This document shows positions 17,107 to 26,627 of a stretch of 64,000 nucleotides of DNA, one piece after another (position 1 is the first letter of the stretch; each line of letters begins with the position of its first letter). The stretch is from Herpetosiphon llansteffanensis (lineage in GTDB: Bacteria; Chloroflexota; Chloroflexia; Chloroflexales; Herpetosiphonaceae). The notes below the pieces were generated by a model. It had not been told where the DNA came from and made no database searches. It saw only the letters and a list, made by a program, of their open reading frames with translations. The stretch spans positions 1-64,000 of the forward strand of contig NZ_PUBZ01000089.1 of the NCBI RefSeq assembly GCF_003205875.1, written 5' to 3'. The position numbers and the translations under genes are program-made.

Positions 17107-18342
17107 CTATTGCAGTTCGCCAAACAGCACAATTTCGGCGTATTCACCACGAATAATGCCACGACTTGCCTCTGGCACAATCAACAAACCATTGGCCCGT
17201 GCCATTGAGCTAACCAAACCTGATCCTTGAGCACCAGTTAATTCAGCGGTCAAGCCTTCAGCACTGCTTTTAACAATTACCCGCAAATATTGGCGACGTT
17301 CGTTGCTTTCCAAATCGGCATCAAGCAATTTGGCCCAAACGCTAGGCCGAAATAGCTGCTGATAACCACCGATCTTGCGTAACGCAGGCCGCACAAACAG
17401 CTCAAAACAGACCATAGCCGAAACAGGATTGCCAGGCAAGCCAAAAATTGGTTTGCCTGCGATCGAGCCAAAAGCCAAGGGTTTGCCTGGACGCATGCGC
17501 ACGCGCCAGAATTCAAGCTTGCCAACTTCATTCAAAATTTGCTTGACCAAATCATAATCGCCAACTGACACGCCGCCAGAGGTCAGCAACACATCAGCTT
17601 CAGCCACGGCTTGGGCTAAAGTTGCGCGCAAAGCAGCAGCATTATCGGGCACAATTGGCATTAAAATCGGAACCGCTCCCGCTTCGCGCACTTGGGCGGC
17701 ATTGGCATAGCCATTCGAGTTACGAATTTGGCCAGCGTTTGGCTCGACTCCCACATCAACCAACTCATCGCCAGTAGCAATAATTGCCACGCGTGGTTGG
17801 CGAAAAACGGGCACTTGAGCCGCGCCAATCGTTGCCAAAACCCCAATACTGCCAGCATGCAAAACCTGCCCAGCATTTAGAACCAAGGCTCCAGCCTGCA
17901 TATCCTCGCCTGCTGGCCGAATATTATTGCCATGCTGGGTTGCTTGAAACAGCTTCACAACCTCGGTTTGGGCGTTGGGTTGGCCTTCGTCGGTTTCCTC
18001 GAAGGGCACAACAGCTTCTGCATTAGCCGGAACTTGGGCTCCAGTCATAATCCGAATCGCGCTGCCATGCCGCAGTTCATGCTTTGACACCGCTCCCGCC
18101 GCAACCCGCTCAATAATCTCTAACGCCGCAGGCTGATCGGCACTAGCTTGGGCCAAATCGGCGACTAAAACCGCATAGCCATCCATGGCCGAGTTGGCAA
18201 ACGGCGGGGCATCGCGATCGGCGTACATTGGCGTGGCCAAAACGCGACCCAAAGCCTCAGTTAACGCAATTGATTCGCTGGCGAGGGTGGTCATGCGCTC
18301 AAGAATCGCCGCTTGAGCATCAGCAACAGCAAGTAAGCTCAT
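17107..18342 (-). CDS. moeA: Molybdopterin molybdenumtransferase MoeA
   Basis: Full-length MoeA architecture (..TGDELV.. GQIRNSNGY ..LLTSGGVSVGDYD.. GLPGNPVSAMV). The start is uncertain: ATG 18342 and 18357 both abut or overlap the panD terminator hairpin. Confidence 0.8.
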   Translation of the reverse strand: MSLLAVADAQAAILERMTTLASESIALTEALGRVLATPMYADRDAPPFANSAMDGYAVLVADLAQASADQPAALEIIERVAAGAVSKHELRHGSAIRIMTGAQVPANAEAVVPFEETDEGQPNAQTEVVKLFQATQHGNNIRPAGEDMQAGALVLNAGQVLHAGSIGVLATIGAAQVPVFRQPRVAIIATGDELVDVGVEPNAGQIRNSNGYANAAQVREAGAVPILMPIVPDNAAALRATLAQAVAEADVLLTSGGVSVGDYDLVKQILNEVGKLEFWRVRMRPGKPLAFGSIAGKPIFGLPGNPVSAMVCFELFVRPALRKIGGYQQLFRPSVWAKLLDADLESNERRQYLRVIVKSSAEGLTAELTGAQGSGLVSSMARANGLLIVPEASRGIIRGEYAEIVLFGELQ

Positions 18343-18343
18343 A

Positions 18344-18383
18344 TAAAAAAAGGCCATGGATGGGCCAAAACCCAATCCATGGC
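18344..18383 (-). terminator. Rho-independent terminator downstream of panD
   Basis: On the minus strand, stem ggccatggattggg/cccatccatggcc is followed by a T7 run. Confidence 0.6.
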
Positions 18384-18399
18384 ACACTCCTCACAACAA

Positions 18400-18777
18400 C
18401 TAACGACCACCAGCAGGCTGCAACGCCTTCACCTCGGTAATCGCATTTTGTTCATCAACAAAGACCACGGTTGGCTCCCATTCTTCGGGTTTGGCATCAA
18501 CTTGGGCATAGGCCATGATGATCACCAAATCGCCAACATTGACCAAGTGCGCCGCAGCACCGTTAAGTTGAATTGTGCCAGAACCACGTTCGCCTACAAT
18601 TGCATAGGTTTCGAGCCGCGCACCGTTATTAACATCGACTACTTGAACCCGTTCAAATGGCCAAATTCCCGCTGCTTCCAACAGATCCTCATCAATGGTA
18701 ATCGAACCAACATAATTGAGGTCTGCCCCAGTGACGGTGGCGCGGTGAATTTTGGCATGCACGAGGGTACGAATCAT
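18400..18777 (-). CDS. panD: Aspartate 1-decarboxylase
   Basis: [38 protein letters not shown]... matches the PanD family N-terminus, including the Gly-Ser processing site. Confidence 0.9.
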   Translation of the reverse strand: MIRTLVHAKIHRATVTGADLNYVGSITIDEDLLEAAGIWPFERVQVVDVNNGARLETYAIVGERGSGTIQLNGAAAHLVNVGDLVIIMAYAQVDAKPEEWEPTVVFVDEQNAITEVKALQPAGGR

Positions 18778-18953
18778 CGTTGATTACTCCTTAGGTTGGT
18801 CGCCGCTGTTCATCCCATCGATCAACAGTCGCCGCCATAAACCATGATACGGCTGTCAGTGGTCTAACGCAAGTCGTTTTTATTGAGGTTTCGATTCAAC
18901 CACAAATCCCTGCTTCCTTCGCCCGCGTTCAGTGGAACTGAGGGAACAGCGCC

Positions 18954-19175
18954 TTACTTTTGTGGATTAGGATAGCGTTCGAGTTTACCATCAAGGTCAG
19001 CAATGCGCTCGCGCAATTGCTCGACACTCAAGGCTGTGCCATCGTCATCGGTTGGCAACACAATCCCTTCAGCCTCAAGATCCCAGTTTTGTTCGAGGCC
19101 TTCCAAGGCGCGGGCCAATTTGCGGCGTTCCGAAAGCCATTCTTTGCGATACATGCGGTTTTTATATTGTGGCAT
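18954..19175 (-). CDS. Small hypothetical protein (74 aa)
   Basis: ATG 19175 has a strong GGAGG RBS 7 nt upstream; the product (MPQYKNRMYRKEWLSERRKL...) has no recognisable family. Confidence 0.4.
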   Translation of the reverse strand: MPQYKNRMYRKEWLSERRKLARALEGLEQNWDLEAEGIVLPTDDDGTALSVEQLRERIADLDGKLERYPNPQK

Positions 19176-19213
19176 ACAATCCTCCAATTCAAGTAATAGC
19201 TCTATTGTACCAT

Positions 19214-19882
19214 TCAGCGTTGCGCATTTTGAGCCAACCAAGCGGGCAGTTCGCTCAGCTGAGTTACGATCGCCACTGGTTGGGCAGCGCTGAGCGTTGC
19301 CAGATCATGCGTGCCTGTTGTGACCGCCACACTAGCAACTTGGGCGTTATGTCCAAGCGTAATATCGTGGGTCGTATCGCCAATCATCAAGGCTTGGGTT
19401 GAATTCAGGCCAAAATAGGCCAATGTTTTTTCCAACATCTCAGCATGCGGTTTGGGCTGGCTCACTGAATCATTGCCCAGCAACAAATCAAAATAATCTA
19501 AAAGGCCAACCTGGCGCAGCACCGCAGCACTCACTGGCGTAATTTTCGAGCTAGCAATCGTCAAACGATACCCAGCTGATTTTAATTCGCTGATAGTTTC
19601 GGCCACACCTGCAAACAAACGGCTGCTTGGAATCGCAATCTCACGATAGATTGTACGATAGCGCTCGGTCAAAATCGCATAGTTTTCAGGCAGAAAATCG
19701 GTTAAGCGTTCCCAAAAAACCTGCAATGGCAAACCAATCCATGGCGCGATTTGGCTATATTCTGCTCCAGCAAAGCCATGTTCCGCCAACACTTGATTGA
19801 CCGTATCAACAATCCCTTGCGCCGAATCGACCAAGGTTCCATCTAAATCGAACGCCAATAATTGAATCTGTGTCGCAACCAC
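19214..19882 (-). CDS. HAD-superfamily hydrolase (phosphoglycolate phosphatase-like, subfamily IA)
   Basis: Motif I LLAFDLDGTLVDS and motif IV GDTTHD. Confidence 0.8.
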   Translation of the reverse strand: MVATQIQLLAFDLDGTLVDSAQGIVDTVNQVLAEHGFAGAEYSQIAPWIGLPLQVFWERLTDFLPENYAILTERYRTIYREIAIPSSRLFAGVAETISELKSAGYRLTIASSKITPVSAAVLRQVGLLDYFDLLLGNDSVSQPKPHAEMLEKTLAYFGLNSTQALMIGDTTHDITLGHNAQVASVAVTTGTHDLATLSAAQPVAIVTQLSELPAWLAQNAQR

Positions 19883-20091
19883 AACCTGCTCCTAGCTTAT
19901 GCAACGAATCTAAACAGCTATTATGCAACGTTTGAGCAGTTTCGCAAATTGCTCAGCAACCCATGCCAAAAATCGTGATCAAGTGTATCTAACCAAGCTG
20001 AGTGAATAGATTTACCAGCTATGTTCTGCATAGCATCCATTCCACAAAGGCTGGCAATCTTCACCCAAACCCAGCCTTTGTGGAGTTACCC

Positions 20092-20973
20092 ATGCGCTAT
20101 CTTGGCCTGAGTGGCCGCATTTTAAAACGACCTGATTTACAAGCGCCCAACCAGCAAGGCCTAAGCCAATGGGTTTTGTATCTTTACGATGTGCTGCGCT
20201 ATCTCGACCAACACCACATTCATTGTTATCGCTTGCCAGCTTGGCCGTATGAGTTGCTGAATAGCTGGCCCGAAGCCGCCGACCAAATTCATTTAATTGG
20301 AGAATATGCCCAACAAGCCAAGATTCGCCTAACCTATCATGTGCCAAGCAATGTGCTGCTCAATAGCCATGATCAGCACATTCGCCACTATGCGCTGAAT
20401 TATTTAACTAGTGCAGCAGCCTTTTTGACCCAGCTTGGCAGCTATGATCCAGTGATTGTGGTGCATATCGGGGCGCAATATGGTGATCGCGCTTGGGCTT
20501 TGGCGCAAACGGTTGCTAGCTTGCAGCAGCTTGATCCCGCAATTCTCAATTGCTTGGCACTCGAGGCCGATGGCCGCGTTTGGAGCTTGCTCGATGCGTT
20601 GCACATTCATGCCCAAACCAAGATTCCGGTGATTTTCGATTGGCTGCATCATCAGCTTTACAACCCAGCCCAATTAAATGCTGCCGCTGGATTGGAATAT
20701 GCGCTGGCGACATGGCCAAGCCAACGCAAGCCCAAAGTGCATTTTAGCTCACCTAGAACCGAAATTCGGCTTGGTCAACGCCAGCAATTGCTATTGCCAA
20801 CATGGCACGAACACAGCGATTTGGCCAATCCATTTGAATTAATCAGCCTGCTGCGTTTGCCATTCCAGCGTGATTACGACCTGATGCTTGAGGTTAAGGC
20901 GGGCGATTTGGCGCTAGAACGAGCACGGAGCGATCTCCAACGCTTTGCGCCAGAGCTTGTTGATGTGGAGTAG
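20092..20973 (+). CDS. UV damage endonuclease UvdE-like (TIM-barrel sugar-phosphate isomerase/endonuclease fold)
   Basis: MRYLGLSGRIL... and RLTYHVPSNVLLNS..IVVHIG blocks resemble UvdE/UvsE. ATG 20092 has a GGAG RBS. Confidence 0.5.
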   Translation: MRYLGLSGRILKRPDLQAPNQQGLSQWVLYLYDVLRYLDQHHIHCYRLPAWPYELLNSWPEAADQIHLIGEYAQQAKIRLTYHVPSNVLLNSHDQHIRHYALNYLTSAAAFLTQLGSYDPVIVVHIGAQYGDRAWALAQTVASLQQLDPAILNCLALEADGRVWSLLDALHIHAQTKIPVIFDWLHHQLYNPAQLNAAAGLEYALATWPSQRKPKVHFSSPRTEIRLGQRQQLLLPTWHEHSDLANPFELISLLRLPFQRDYDLMLEVKAGDLALERARSDLQRFAPELVDVE

Positions 20974-20976
20974 CGT

Positions 20977-21615
20977 ATGCCAGAAGCGAACACGCCAGTT
21001 TTAGTCGCAGTTTTGAATAATCAAGCAGATTGGCAACGGATTCAGGAGCAGCAGTGGTATCGGGTGCCATTGGCGCATGCCCCACGGCGGATGGCTGCTG
21101 GCATCTTGGCATGGTATCAAACCAAGGCGTTTGGCGCTGAGGGCGGTCAAATTCGCTGGTATGCAGAAATTAATCATGTGAGCCAAGCCACCCGCATCCA
21201 GCTTATCCCCGAACAGCCTGAGCATCCCCGTGCTCAAGAGCACTACTGGCGGCTGCAAATTGGCGCGTTGCAAAGCTTGCCCCAGCCAATTAAGGCCCAA
21301 CGTTTTCGGCGCATAACCTTCATTAGCACCAATTGGCAGCAGTTCATTCACGCCAAACAGATCAATGATCTATGGCTAGGTGATAGCTTAATCGAGCAAC
21401 TAAGTCAACAACTCATCAGCGAGGGTATGAACGTAGTGCGGCGGCGCTTACACGATGGTAATACGCCGCCGCAAGGCACGTGTCTGCTGATTCCGTTGCT
21501 CAATCAACTTGAGCTCCAGATTGGTGAGCAAGTTTTACGCTTCGAGCATGAGGATTTAATTTGGGATTTTGCTGGTTGCTTAGCCCAAATTCGGGCTATT
21601 CAAAGCCGAAATTAA
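20977..21615 (+). CDS. Hypothetical protein
   Basis: Starts 4 nt after uvdE-like and has codon usage typical of the window, but no recognisable motifs. Confidence 0.4.
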   Translation: MPEANTPVLVAVLNNQADWQRIQEQQWYRVPLAHAPRRMAAGILAWYQTKAFGAEGGQIRWYAEINHVSQATRIQLIPEQPEHPRAQEHYWRLQIGALQSLPQPIKAQRFRRITFISTNWQQFIHAKQINDLWLGDSLIEQLSQQLISEGMNVVRRRLHDGNTPPQGTCLLIPLLNQLELQIGEQVLRFEHEDLIWDFAGCLAQIRAIQSRN

Positions 21616-21627
21616 GGAAAGCTGCGC

Positions 21628-22173
21628 TTACTGACCAGCAAGCAACAAACGGGCGAGGCGCTCACCGCCAACCAAATCGGCCAAATGGGCTAATTGGTTA
21701 TCTTCATAGGCTTGATTAAACAGCGCTACATCGAGGGCTAGCACTTTGCGGAAAGCAATAATTGCCTTGGCAGGGTCGCTACTCGTAGCGGAAATCTGCT
21801 CGCCACACGGCATAATAATATCCAGCATCGCCAACGGATAGCGCACAGGTAAACCGATACGTACATGAATTTCGCCAATTTTCAAGCGTTGCTGAGCATA
21901 CGCTTCATCATATGTCCCGCGAAACAAATCGCTAAACCATGTTCCCAGCATACCCGTCAAGCGTTCGACCGAAACGCCATCGAGATATTCAGCGGTCGCG
22001 GCGTGACCAAGCAAGCGCTTGTAAAACGCATCGGTAAAATCTTTGGTTTGGGCTTTGGCCTGCTCGTGTAAGCCGCCGAGTAATTGAGCTTCGGCAGCAG
22101 AAACATCCATCATTTTGACCAACTCGGTAAGAATGGCCGTGCCTTTCACGCCCCAACTTTGACGATCTGCCAT
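21628..22173 (-). CDS. Stand-alone sensor globin (protoglobin / globin-coupled-sensor globin domain)
   Basis: FTDAFYKRLLGHAATAEYLDGVSVERLTGMLGTWFSDLFRGTYDEAYAQQRLKIGEIHVRIGLPVRYPLAML matches the protoglobin consensus, including a proximal His in the IGxIHxRIGLP block. No output domain is fused. Confidence 0.65.
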   Translation of the reverse strand: MADRQSWGVKGTAILTELVKMMDVSAAEAQLLGGLHEQAKAQTKDFTDAFYKRLLGHAATAEYLDGVSVERLTGMLGTWFSDLFRGTYDEAYAQQRLKIGEIHVRIGLPVRYPLAMLDIIMPCGEQISATSSDPAKAIIAFRKVLALDVALFNQAYEDNQLAHLADLVGGERLARLLLAGQ

Positions 22174-22188
22174 GAGCTATCTCCTTGA

Positions 22189-22566
22189 TTAAGCACTCAT
22201 CAATTCGGCGATTGCCCGACCAGTTTCCCGCGCTTCAATCCGAATCATGCCAAGGTTGGCTTGTTGGCGCAAAATAATGGCCAAAATCATTTGAGTAGCT
22301 ACAGGCATAACCAAGAGATAGCCACTTTCGGCGTTTACAATGGCCTCGTTGGCCTTACCAATTTTCAAATCGTTGACCACGCGGGTCGTAACCCCCATCA
22401 TGGTGGCTGCAATCGCTCCCATGCGGTCGGCATTAACATCAGCCGACATGCGCGAGCTAATCAAAATCCCATCTGAACTAATTAATGCGGCCCCATTAAT
22501 ATCGTTACCGTTATTGGTAACCAATTGGCCTAAAATAGTATTAATTTGTTCCGAACGACTAGCCAT
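22189..22566 (-). CDS. Roadblock/LC7 (MglB-like) domain protein
   Basis: ~125 aa; ...GAALISSDGILISS..MGAIAATMMG..LVMPV... is typical of the Roadblock/LC7 fold. It overlaps the upstream GTPase by 8 nt. Confidence 0.7.
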   Translation of the reverse strand: MASRSEQINTILGQLVTNNGNDINGAALISSDGILISSRMSADVNADRMGAIAATMMGVTTRVVNDLKIGKANEAIVNAESGYLLVMPVATQMILAIILRQQANLGMIRIEARETGRAIAELMSA

Positions 22567-23134
22567 GCAAATGCTCCTTGTGAGTTACAGGCGAGGAGGA
22601 TGAATTTTGGGCTAAAACGTCGATTCGATCTAATAACGTTGAAATAACATCGCTTACCGCAGCATAATCAGTTGCCACGCAAGCGAGAATCGGAATATCG
22701 TTTGGTAGCCCTAAACGGCGGCGAATATACGTTGGCGGCAAGGCCCCAGGTAAATCTTGTTTGGTGGCGGCAACCACAAATGGCACGGGGGTCATGGCCG
22801 CGAAGCGTTCCAATACCACAATCGTCTCGTTAAAATGGGCTGGGCGACAGCTATCAACTAAAACAATATAGCCCAAACAACCTTCGGCTAAAATTTCCCA
22901 CATAAAATCAAACCGCTCTTGGCCTGGTGTACCAAATAAGAGCAGCCGTTGTTCGGCATCAATCGTCAACGTGCCGAAATCCAAACCAACCGTCGTATGA
23001 TGTTTAAGCTCTTTTTCTTCGACGTGGGTCACGGGAACATCAGTATCAACGACATCGATTTCGCTGACCGTGCGAATAAATTGCGATTTACCCGCAGCGT
23101 ATGCTCCCGTGATGACAATTTTATAATTGACCAT
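22559..23134 (-). CDS. Ras-superfamily small GTPase, MglA/Arf-like
   Basis: G1 ITGAYAAGKS, G3 LFGTPGQER (DxxG with Q), G4 ATKQDL, and a switch-I Thr in HHTTVGLDFG. Confidence 0.8.
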   Translation of the reverse strand: MVNYKIVITGAYAAGKSQFIRTVSEIDVVDTDVPVTHVEEKELKHHTTVGLDFGTLTIDAEQRLLLFGTPGQERFDFMWEILAEGCLGYIVLVDSCRPAHFNETIVVLERFAAMTPVPFVVAATKQDLPGALPPTYIRRRLGLPNDIPILACVATDYAAVSDVISTLLDRIDVLAQNSSSSPVTHKEHLHG

Positions 23135-23142
23135 TGTTACTC

Positions 23143-23841
23143 CTACGCACTAGCGCTGGTACGACGCAACCGCGCTTTGATCGCTTGAACCAACCCACGC
23201 ACGCGATTTTCAACCATATGCTCGGAGTTGGGGGCCATCAAAACTGGGCTAAGCGAACGCTGAGAAACAACAATCTCGCTAGACACCTCCACTAAGTTCA
23301 AGGCGATCAAACGGTGCAAGACGGTGAGGGTTTGATCGTAATTCCAACCAGTGGCTTCAACCAGTTCGGCCACACTTAATTCTTGGACCAATTGGCTCAA
23401 AATGCGCCAATCTTCGAGGGTCAGGGTGATGTCGCTGGCTTGGCTAAGCTTTGGCACCAAGCGCAAACGCGAGGTTGGCTGAAGTTTGGTCGTGCCAGCC
23501 AAGCGTTGTGGTTGGTCGCGGCGACGCAAGCCTTCAATAATCAGCCAATCAATTGAACGTTGAATTTGCACGCTGACCGTTTCTTGTGGGTTGGGTGGCA
23601 AAAAGACAAACTGGGCATCATCCCACGCCAGCATATCAAACACCGCTTGTTCACCACACGTTACCCGTTCGTGGGAGGTATTTTTGACCACCCCTGCATT
23701 GATAATCGCACCATCAAAAAACCACAACATCGCCTTGAATGGAGCATTCGCAATCAGTAGACGACCAGTTTTGCGCCCATGATGAAATACATGCATCAAA
23801 TCAATCAATGGCATATCAGCAAAATTACCTTCGAGAGCCAT
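23143..23841 (-). CDS. PATAN (DUF4388) domain protein
   Basis: N-terminal MALEGNFADMPLIDLMHVFHHGRKTGRLLI... is the DUF4388/PATAN signature. ATG 23841 has a GGAG RBS. The ORF-track extension to 23961 is probably non-coding. Confidence 0.65.
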   Translation of the reverse strand: MALEGNFADMPLIDLMHVFHHGRKTGRLLIANAPFKAMLWFFDGAIINAGVVKNTSHERVTCGEQAVFDMLAWDDAQFVFLPPNPQETVSVQIQRSIDWLIIEGLRRRDQPQRLAGTTKLQPTSRLRLVPKLSQASDITLTLEDWRILSQLVQELSVAELVEATGWNYDQTLTVLHRLIALNLVEVSSEIVVSQRSLSPVLMAPNSEHMVENRVRGLVQAIKARLRRTSASA

Positions 23842-24203
23842 AGCCGTCTCCTTTTTGCGCAGTACAACCAGTCGATGTTGTCTAGGTTTTGTCCATATTC
23901 TGTACAAAAATAATACATAACTGGAACAAATATATTTTCTAGCAGGCTTAAGTGCAGGCATCGACGTAAGAAAAATGACAACTCTATTATGGCCGCAACT
24001 GGATGTATCCGTCTATGATATGTCAATACTCTTTATGGCTATGCAGGGGTAAGGTGACTATTGGGATGGAAGTACTAGAAGACGTTTCCATGGAGAGGAG
24101 CGCAGGTATAACGTGCTAGGTTGATTGAACCATGCCTAAGAGGGGTTTGTCAAGATGGGATACAATAGCCACGATCTGCTGTTTTTTTAGTATTGAGGTT
24201 GTT

Positions 24204-24824
24204 ATGGGCTTACATGTATCATCGCATCCATTGGTTTTACATAAATTGGCGTTGCTGCGACGCGTTGAGAGCGAACCAAAGAAATTCCGCGAATTGGTGC
24301 GCGAAATCTCGCAATTTTTGGTCTACGAAGCAACTGCTGATATGCCGCTTGCGCCCTATACCATTCAAACCCCGTTGGGTTCGATGGAAGGCCATGCAAT
24401 TGGGGCGAGAATTGGCTTGATTCCAATTTTGCGCGCAGGCTTGGGCATGGTCGAGCCAGTGATTGACCTCTTGCCAACCGCCCATGTCTGGCACTTAGGC
24501 CTGTATCGCGACCATAACTCGCTTGAGCCAGTTACCTACTATAACAAATTGCCAGCTCAACCTGATATTGATGTGTGTTTGATTCTCGACCCAATGTTGG
24601 CAACTGGTGGCTCAGCAGTTGCTGCGGTGGATATTTTGAAGGCTTGGGGCGCTGCCAAGATTAAATTCTTGGGGTTAATCGCCGCACCTGAAGGGGTAGA
24701 ACGCTTGCAAACTGCTCACCCCGACGTGGAAATTCATTTGGCGGCGCTCGACGAACGATTGAACGAGCAAGGCTATATCGTGCCAGGCTTGGGCGATGCT
24801 GGTGACCGCCAATTTGGGACGTAG
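24204..24824 (+). CDS. upp: Uracil phosphoribosyltransferase
   Basis: [12 protein letters not shown].. and the PRPP-binding block [20 protein letters not shown]. Confidence 0.85.
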   Translation: MGLHVSSHPLVLHKLALLRRVESEPKKFRELVREISQFLVYEATADMPLAPYTIQTPLGSMEGHAIGARIGLIPILRAGLGMVEPVIDLLPTAHVWHLGLYRDHNSLEPVTYYNKLPAQPDIDVCLILDPMLATGGSAVAAVDILKAWGAAKIKFLGLIAAPEGVERLQTAHPDVEIHLAALDERLNEQGYIVPGLGDAGDRQFGT

Positions 24825-24830
24825 GCAAGA

Positions 24831-25811
24831 ATGCGCATTTTAGTCACTGGGGCAACTGGTTTTTTGGGTTCGCACACCGCTTTGGCACTGCACAAAGCTG
24901 GGCATACGGTACTAGGTTTGGGTCGCCGCTGGCAGCAGGTTCCGCAGCTTGTGAACGCTGGCATTCAGCCAATTACTGCTGATTTACGCGAGCGCGAGGC
25001 AGTGATTGCAGCCTGCGCTGGTTGCGATCTGGTGGTGCATAGCGGAGCACTTTCTACGCCGTGGGGCAGTCGCCGCGATTTTCAGGCAATTAATGTTGAT
25101 GGAACCGCGCATGTGCTGGCTGGTTGTGCTGCCCATAATGTTGGACGCTTGGTGTTTATCTCATCACCAAGCGTTCTCTCGAATGGCTACGATCAGCTAG
25201 ATTTAGTTGATACTGCGCCCTATCCGGCGCGGCCAATCTCGCTGTATTCAGCCAGCAAACAGCAGGCCGAGCAGCTGGTGTTGGCGCATACAACGCCAAG
25301 CGTCATTTTGCGGCCTAAGGCGATTTTTGGCGAAGGTGATCAAGCGTTGTTGCCACGAATTATTGCTGCGGCGCGGGCTGGGCGCTTACGTCAATTTGGC
25401 GATGGTCAAAATCTGGTTGATTTAACCTATGTTGAAAATGTGGTGCATGCGATTGAGCTGGCGTTAACCGCACCAGCAGCGCTTGGCAAGGCCTATACAA
25501 TCACCAACGCCGAACATCCGCAACTATGGGCGGTCATTCGGCGCGTGCTGACGGAGTTGGGCGTAAAGAGCGATTTGCGGCCCATGCCCTTGCCGGTGGC
25601 ATTGCTGATGGCGCGCATAATGGAAACAATCAGTTTGCTGACCCGCCGCGAGCCATTGTTGACGCGCTATAGCGTGCTGGCCTTGGCGCGGAGCCAAACC
25701 CATTCGATCGTGGCAGCCCAACACGATTTGGGCTATCAACCCCAAATTAGCCTTGAGCTTGGCATTCAACGCACAATCGCCGCCCTCAAACAGCCAACAA
25801 AGGTGGATTAA
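24831..25811 (+). CDS. NAD-dependent epimerase/dehydratase (extended SDR)
   Basis: MRILVTGATGFLGSH Rossmann motif and YxxxK (YSASKQQAE). Confidence 0.8.
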   Translation: MRILVTGATGFLGSHTALALHKAGHTVLGLGRRWQQVPQLVNAGIQPITADLREREAVIAACAGCDLVVHSGALSTPWGSRRDFQAINVDGTAHVLAGCAAHNVGRLVFISSPSVLSNGYDQLDLVDTAPYPARPISLYSASKQQAEQLVLAHTTPSVILRPKAIFGEGDQALLPRIIAAARAGRLRQFGDGQNLVDLTYVENVVHAIELALTAPAALGKAYTITNAEHPQLWAVIRRVLTELGVKSDLRPMPLPVALLMARIMETISLLTRREPLLTRYSVLALARSQTHSIVAAQHDLGYQPQISLELGIQRTIAALKQPTKVD

Positions 25812-26627
25812 ATGCAGGTTTTCTTGCTGGACACTGGAATTTGCCGCGTGCCCGAATATCATATGTTGCGCGATGGCAGCAGCCAAATTATCGATTGCCA
25901 TGCAGTTGTGGCCTTGATTGAGCATCCTCAGCGCGGTTGGGGCTTGTTTGATGTTGGGTATAGCCAAGCGATGCTCAGCGCCACCGAGCATTTGCCGTGG
26001 TCGCTCTATCGGCGGGCTACGCCACTGCGCTTATCGCCAGCGCTAGAAGTGATCAATCAACTGCCAAACTATGGCTTGAGCGCTGCTGATATTGGCTGGA
26101 TTGTGCTTTCGCACGCGCATGCCGACCACGTAGCCGCGTTGGCCGATTTTCCAGAGGCCGAGTTGTATCTTTCGGCGGCAGCGTTTGAGTTGGTCAGCCA
26201 AGTTCAGGGGATTAATGCCTTACGGCGGGGCATTATCCCAAGCTTATTCCCCCCAGATTGGCACCAACGTCTGCATTTAATTCATGCATTTAACGATCAG
26301 CCGTTGTTTGCCTTGGGCAATAGCCACGATTTGTTTGGCGATGGGCTATTGCGTTTGGTTGAATTACCCGGCCATGCGCGCGGCCAAATTGGCATGTATG
26401 TTGCCAATCAACGCCCAATCTTGCTGGCGGCAGATGGAGCGTGGCACTCGCGGGCGATTCGCGAACAAGTGCTGCCCCATCCAATCACCTATTTTATGAT
26501 CGACGATGCCAAAGCCATGGCAACGACCTTGGCGCGTTTGAGTGCTTTTGCCCAAGCCTATCCCGAGGTATTGATTGTGCCTTGCCACTGCCCAGAAATC
26601 TATGCTAGCGAGGTAGCCAAGGCATGA
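25812..26627 (+). CDS. MBL-fold metallo-hydrolase
   Basis: HxHxDH motif LSHAHADHV. Start and stop are coupled to the neighbouring genes. Confidence 0.75.
   Translation: MQVFLLDTGICRVPEYHMLRDGSSQIIDCHAVVALIEHPQRGWGLFDVGYSQAMLSATEHLPWSLYRRATPLRLSPALEVINQLPNYGLSAADIGWIVLSHAHADHVAALADFPEAELYLSAAAFELVSQVQGINALRRGIIPSLFPPDWHQRLHLIHAFNDQPLFALGNSHDLFGDGLLRLVELPGHARGQIGMYVANQRPILLAADGAWHSRAIREQVLPHPITYFMIDDAKAMATTLARLSAFAQAYPEVLIVPCHCPEIYASEVAKA

Noticed and set aside
23842-23961. N-terminal 40 codons of the PATAN ORF
   Set aside because: The internal ATG 23841 has a GGAG RBS and starts exactly at the conserved DUF4388 N-terminus. The upstream residues (MPALKPARKYICSSYVLFLYRIW...) do not look like protein sequence.
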